DNA of 32,000 nucleotides from Nitrosopumilales archaeon (GTDB lineage: Archaea > Thermoproteota > Nitrososphaeria > Nitrososphaerales > Nitrosopumilaceae): assembly GCA_007280335.1 (NCBI GenBank), contig QYQE01000046.1, positions 1-32,000 on the forward strand, in the 5' to 3' direction. Positions 25,869-32,000 of the stretch are shown here, in pieces. The position numbers were made by a program, and so were the translations under genes. The notes under the pieces were generated by a model that was not told the DNA's origin, did no database searches, and saw only the letters and a list, made by a program, of their open reading frames with translations. The stretch's first letter is position 1. Every line of letters starts with the position of its first letter.

Positions 25869-26591
25869 ATGAAAGATTATGATTTTGAAGGTAAGGTAGT
25901 CTTGATCACTGGAGGAACTGGGTCATTAGGCAGAGCAGTCTGCTTGGCATTTCTAAAATCAAACGCGGTTGCAGCAATAACACATGTTACGGATAAAGAA
26001 ATTCCAAAACTTGAATCCACACTTGGGGATTTAATGAAGAAAGTCATACTGCTCAAAGCAGACATTGGTGATGAACAACAGGTAAAAAATCTGGTATCTG
26101 ATGTTGTGAAAAAATATGGCCTCATTGATATTTTGATCAATGTGGTTGGCGGATATATTGGTGGGAAAAAAGTAACAGAGATGACTGAAAAAGAATGGGA
26201 CTTGATGATGAATCTGAATTTGAAAACAGCCTTTTTGATTAGTAAACACGTGGTAGAACAAATGGTGAGGCAAGGTTCTGGTAAAGTTGTTCATGTTGCA
26301 GCCAGGTTGGGACTAAAAGGAATTGGCGGCAACTCTGCTTATGGAGCATCAAAATCAGGTCTCATCAGACTTGTTGAATCTCTGTCAGATGAAGTCAAGG
26401 ACAAAAACATCAATGTGAATTGCATAATGCCAAGCATCATAGATACTGACGCAAACAGAAAAGACATGCCAAACGCAGATTTTTCAAAGTGGGTTAAACC
26501 GTCAGAAATTGCTAGAGTTATGCTTTTTCTTGCATCTGAGGATTCAAGACAGATTCACGGTGCGGCTATACCAGTTTATGGCCTAGTCTAA
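25869..26591 (+). CDS. Short-chain dehydrogenase/reductase
   Basis: VLITGGTGSLGRAVC, NVVGGYIGG, YGASKSGL, NVNCIMPSIIDT motifs. Confidence 0.92.
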   Translation: MKDYDFEGKVVLITGGTGSLGRAVCLAFLKSNAVAAITHVTDKEIPKLESTLGDLMKKVILLKADIGDEQQVKNLVSDVVKKYGLIDILINVVGGYIGGKKVTEMTEKEWDLMMNLNLKTAFLISKHVVEQMVRQGSGKVVHVAARLGLKGIGGNSAYGASKSGLIRLVESLSDEVKDKNINVNCIMPSIIDTDANRKDMPNADFSKWVKPSEIARVMLFLASEDSRQIHGAAIPVYGLV

Positions 26592-27366
26592 ATCTTGCAA
26601 CTATTATTGTTGCAATTATGGAAACAACCAAAATCATTCCTGCTATTGGGCCAAATTCTGGAACAACAGCGCTGCCAACAACACTAACTTGCTCTGTTAA
26701 TGAAGAGATAGGTATTGTTACAACACTAATGCCAATCTGAGATTCTACTGTGAAATTTTTTATAAACTGACCATCAACTTGTACTCCAAGAAATGGTGCA
26801 CTTACTAATCTGGTTGGAAGATTGAGTACTAGAATACTGTCAGAATCTACTTTGCCTACTAGAGTAAAAGTAACTGATTTGTCTTTTGGATCGATTACTG
26901 CGCTAATGATATCTTTTGGTGATGCATATTGCACATTGAATGTCGTCTTACCATCGCCTGCACCTGCACCAACATCATTTATTATTTTGTAACCTGTTTG
27001 GGTAGCTTGGACATTTAATGTGCCAGTCATCCATGGATATGTCTTATCGTAGAAATGAATGACTCCAATATCTGTAGTCTTTAATGTGTAGCTAAAATAT
27101 TGCCCGAGTTCCATTGGACCGCTGTCAAACCTCCCGTCTGGATTACCCGGGGTACCAGAAGTAACTGAATGAGTAACCTGGTCTCCATTGCTCCATTGTA
27201 CTGTTTCTCCGACTAACGCATTAGTAGATGGTGGAGAAAAAGTGCGGCTTACCTGCTGATCCGCTGCACCTCTCATGATTATGATCTGGACAGTATCTGC
27301 AAATGATGAAGAAACTAGTGGAATCAGTAAAACAAGAATTGCCAAAGATATTATGATTTTACGCAC
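26566..27366 (-). CDS. Exported cupredoxin-like PEFG-CTERM protein
   Basis: VQWSNGDQVTHSVTSG...GVIHFYDKTYPWMTGTLNV plastocyanin-like fold; C-terminal VPEFGPIAG + TM. Confidence 0.78.
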   Translation of the reverse strand: MRKIIISLAILVLLIPLVSSSFADTVQIIIMRGAADQQVSRTFSPPSTNALVGETVQWSNGDQVTHSVTSGTPGNPDGRFDSGPMELGQYFSYTLKTTDIGVIHFYDKTYPWMTGTLNVQATQTGYKIINDVGAGAGDGKTTFNVQYASPKDIISAVIDPKDKSVTFTLVGKVDSDSILVLNLPTRLVSAPFLGVQVDGQFIKNFTVESQIGISVVTIPISSLTEQVSVVGSAVVPEFGPIAGMILVVSIIATIIVARFRLGHKLV

Positions 27367-27461
27367 GTCACAATCTAGAATTATTAGTTAATAGATTTTA
27401 CTGGTGAAAAATTCTTTACTTAATGCATTTTTGGAACAAAGAATGATGTGTTAATTTTGTA

Positions 27462-28118
27462 TTATTTGCGCTTTAATATTCTGGTTATGGATTGCGTGAT
27501 TTTCTCGACTTTTTTTGTGGCACCTATGAATAGAAAAGATACTCCAACACCAAGTAGTATTCCGCCTACAACATCCAAAGGATAGTGTCCGCCAACATAT
27601 ACTCTTGAAATGCACACAAGTGCAGCTTCTGCAGTCAAAGCTAGAGATATTGCCAGTTTTCTTTTTGAATCTCGAAATAATGCTAAGGCGATGGCTGCAC
27701 CAGCAGAAACTATCGTTGCATGACCGGATGGATAAGAATACTCTGAATCTTGGGCTAGTAAAAAGTCAGATTCTGGAATTGTTGGGTGCGGTCTTTGTAC
27801 TATCTCTTTTGCGGCAAAACCTATTGGTATTAGAACAATGAATGCTAGTACCAAAACCACTGCAGTCTTTTTACCAGACATGCCACCAAATATGAACAAA
27901 AGAATTACCGTCATTATCCAGAATGCTTCTCTACCATATTCTGTTAGCCAAACCATAATCTTGTTGAGAAAATTAACGTGAGAATTGTTCACTTTTAAAA
28001 ATGCTGATGTATCCTTAGAAACTATACTGTGATTGTTGTTTGCTAGTGGTGAAACTAGTATGGCTAAAACTACAAACAATGCAAGAATGATAATTGAAGA
28101 TATGTGATATCTGCTCAA
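27462..28118 (-). CDS. PAP2-family phosphatase
   Basis: KEIVQRPHP, YPSGHATIV, SRVYVGGHYPLDVVGG phosphatase motifs. Confidence 0.9.
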   Translation of the reverse strand: MSRYHISSIIILALFVVLAILVSPLANNNHSIVSKDTSAFLKVNNSHVNFLNKIMVWLTEYGREAFWIMTVILLFIFGGMSGKKTAVVLVLAFIVLIPIGFAAKEIVQRPHPTIPESDFLLAQDSEYSYPSGHATIVSAGAAIALALFRDSKRKLAISLALTAEAALVCISRVYVGGHYPLDVVGGILLGVGVSFLFIGATKKVEKITQSITRILKRK

Positions 28119-28132
28119 ATCAATTAATTCTC

Positions 28133-29437
28133 CTAGATGCTGGCAGAAAAACGATTTGATGCATCAATAAGATCTTTTACGTCTGATTGTGAATGTGAGT
28201 AAGAAAATGCCCCAAGTTTGCCTGGTAGGAAAAATATTCCGTCTTTTGCTATCATCTCAAAATGATATTTGTGAAGCATGTCAGTATCACACATGGCAGC
28301 ATCTGTGGCATTTCTGATTTGAGTGATTCCGTTTGATGCAAAATGTGTCATAAAAAGCGAACCCATTCCAGTTGTAATTACCTTGCCATCAAAGACTTTG
28401 TCTAATTTTTTTCTTGCCAGATTTCCTAGATTTCCAATTTTAGAATAAACTGAATTATTTTTTTTAAGAAATGAAAGCATGGCACGACCAGATGTCATTG
28501 TGATTGGATTTGCAGAAAACGTTCCTCCACCAATGTAAGAACGGTCTAGTTTTTTGTGTGATCGTGTATTTGATATTTCCATAATCTCATCTTTTCCACA
28601 AATTACTCCGATTGGAAATCCCCCACCTACAATTTTTCCTAGCGTGGCAATGTCTGGATCAAGATTCATTGTTTTGTAATGACACCCAAACGAAAATCTA
28701 AACCCAGTAACAATTTCATCAAGTAAAAATAACGCATTATTTTTGTGCACAAACTCTTGAATTCCTAAAAGATATTCTTTTGTTGCAGGAATGCATCCAC
28801 CGCCTCCAAGCATAGGTTCTATAATTACTCCTGCAAGATCATTTTTTACACGGTTCAAAATTTCAAGAGATTTTTCCAAGTCATTGTATGGAATTGAAAC
28901 AATGTATTTTTCATCAACCAATCCAGCACTTTCAGTTTCATTAAACGGATAGTTGACTGATTTTAAAAGATCTGAGGTATAGCCATGCCAGCCACCGTCA
29001 ATTTTTGCAATTATTTTTTTCCCAGTTGTCGAACGCGCAATTCTTACTGCATACATTGTTGCCTCAGTGCCACTGGAGACATAACGAATCTTTTCTGCAA
29101 CTGGTACTGCCTTTTGAATTATTTCTGAAAATGATATTGTCATCTCATTTACTGTTCCATGCATCCAACAAGACGGCAACTGTTTTTTTACCAAATTTGC
29201 AACCGAAGGAGCTGCATGGCCCAAAATCAAACTCCAGTGACCCATCCAATAATCGGTGTACTTGTTCCCATCCACATCGTAGACGTACTTGCCCTTTGCT
29301 GATTTGGTTACAAAGGGATAAGGATCAAAGAACCTGATGTTATGCGATACTCCGTTTACATGAAATTTCTTGGACTTTGCAAAAAGCAGTCTTGACTTTT
29401 TGGTTTTCTTTTTGTATATCTCTAAAGCGCTTAGCAA
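28133..29437 (-). CDS. Class III PLP aminotransferase, glutamate-1-semialdehyde 2,1-aminomutase-like
   Basis: [58 protein letters not shown]. Confidence 0.85.
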   Translation of the reverse strand: MLSALEIYKKKTKKSRLLFAKSKKFHVNGVSHNIRFFDPYPFVTKSAKGKYVYDVDGNKYTDYWMGHWSLILGHAAPSVANLVKKQLPSCWMHGTVNEMTISFSEIIQKAVPVAEKIRYVSSGTEATMYAVRIARSTTGKKIIAKIDGGWHGYTSDLLKSVNYPFNETESAGLVDEKYIVSIPYNDLEKSLEILNRVKNDLAGVIIEPMLGGGGCIPATKEYLLGIQEFVHKNNALFLLDEIVTGFRFSFGCHYKTMNLDPDIATLGKIVGGGFPIGVICGKDEIMEISNTRSHKKLDRSYIGGGTFSANPITMTSGRAMLSFLKKNNSVYSKIGNLGNLARKKLDKVFDGKVITTGMGSLFMTHFASNGITQIRNATDAAMCDTDMLHKYHFEMIAKDGIFFLPGKLGAFSYSHSQSDVKDLIDASNRFSASI

Positions 29438-29509
29438 TAACCAAACTATCTGACAGAATAATATTTAGTGATCGCAAGATACTGGAAAAAATTTCCATTT
29501 TAGGCATGG

Positions 29510-29518
29510 TTTATATTA
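29510..29518 (+). promoter_or_regulatory. Candidate rRNA operon TATA box (TTTATATTA)
   Basis: Located about 210 nt upstream of 16S and upstream of the processing-stem arm at 29610; just beyond the hemL-like gene start. Confidence 0.4.
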
Positions 29519-29723
29519 TTTCGGTTTGATCCACTTTTTGCATACGTAACAGCAAGGCGGCGCTTGTGATGATTGTGTTGGTAATGTACCATTTTGTGAT
29601 TCACAGGCCTCCAGTTGCGCATACAAGATGTGGATTCGACCTAAACAGTCTTATCTGAAATTCGAAGAAATGTGCATTCCGACCAATTCCCAATAAAATA
29701 TACTTCTAATAATACGATAAATG

Positions 29724-31193
<1,470 letters not shown>

Positions 31194-31347
31194 TAAACAT
31201 AATTGGGTTGTGTGGGTTGCCCACACTTTTCTTCAACAAAAAAGATGCAACTGGACAAGAAATTGTTCGGTGAAGGACGTAGCTGGTACCCGTAACCTGG
31301 GACTAGCGATGATCGTCGTGTATAGTCGTGTAATATTATGACTGAAT
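31194..31347 (+). other. 16S-23S internal transcribed spacer with no tRNA
   Basis: Short region between anti-SD end of 16S and estimated 23S start; no tRNA cloverleaf seen. Confidence 0.75.
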
Positions 31348-32000
31348 ATGCTGATGTGCCGACGCCAATAGAGGGATGGCTTGGCTTGAGAAGAGATGAA
31401 GGACGTGGCAAGCTGCGATAAGCTTAGGGTAGGTGCAGGCGACCTATGATCCTGAGATGTCCGAATAGGAATCCAATGCGTTAAGCATACTCAATTACAA
31501 TGGTAGTTGAGATCGAACCGTGGGAAGTGAAGCATCTGAGTACCACGTGGAAAAGAAATCAACAGAGATTTCCCAAGTAGCGGCGAGCGAAAAGGAAAGA
31601 GCCCAAACTGAATCTGCCATGGTAACATGGTAGAGATGTGGTGTTGTTATGATATTACGATCCTCAAATCAGAGCTTAAGTGGCCTGGAAAGGCCTGGCG
31701 AAGAAGGTGAAACCCCCGTGAGCGAAGGAAGAGAGGATCTTATCATAACGCGAGTAGTTGTCCTTGGTAGTGGGCAATGAATATAGGTGAAAGTAGCATC
31801 TAAGGCTAAATATTTCTCAAGACCGATAGCGGAGTAGTACCGTGAGGGAAAGCTGAAAAGTACCCCGGAAGGGGGGTGAAAAGTGCCTGAAATCTATTGG
31901 TTACAGACGTGCATGGCATGAAAGGAGTTTTTGTCAGATTGGAGGTTCTAGCAATAGGGCTGAAGGTCTGGCGTTCATAGCTCCAGTGTCATGCGTTCCG
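31348..32000 (+). rRNA. 23S ribosomal RNA, 5' part (truncated by window; start approximate)
   Basis: GATGAAGGACGTGGCAAGCTGCGATAAGC and AGTACCGTGAGGGAAAGCTGAAAAG conserved 23S segments. Confidence 0.93.

Overview
The window is a gene-dense chromosomal segment of an ammonia-oxidising thaumarchaeon (Nitrosopumilus/Nitrosarchaeum-like). This rests on a two-domain copper nitrite reductase (NirK-type), PEFG-CTERM surface proteins, an L15e gene and an archaeal 16S rRNA. It ends with the 16S gene (about 29724..31193), a tRNA-less spacer and the start of the 23S gene. I see no CRISPR array, transposase, integrase or phage signature. The standout locus is at 12880..14824 (minus strand). It encodes a protein whose loops match eukaryotic tubulin rather than FtsZ (IPRALLIDLDP, GSGGAARNWAEGR, GGGTGSS, YSDCSIIFSN). 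It matches the rare archaeal 'artubulin' class described from Nitrosarchaeum and Caldiarchaeum. Only 10 nt downstream is an uncharacterised 181-aa coiled-coil protein, a candidate partner. The same window carries a second tubulin/FtsZ-superfamily gene (137..1090) whose GGGTGTG loop has degenerated to LAGKSGAA. Other items of note: a PEFG-anchored cupredoxin that has lost two type-1 copper ligands, a lineage-specific N-terminal module shared by two otherwise unrelated proteins, a fumarase/aspartase hybrid-signature enzyme, small membrane ORFs missed by the ORF track, and rRNA processing/hairpin elements. All calls are from reading the sequence; no database search was run.
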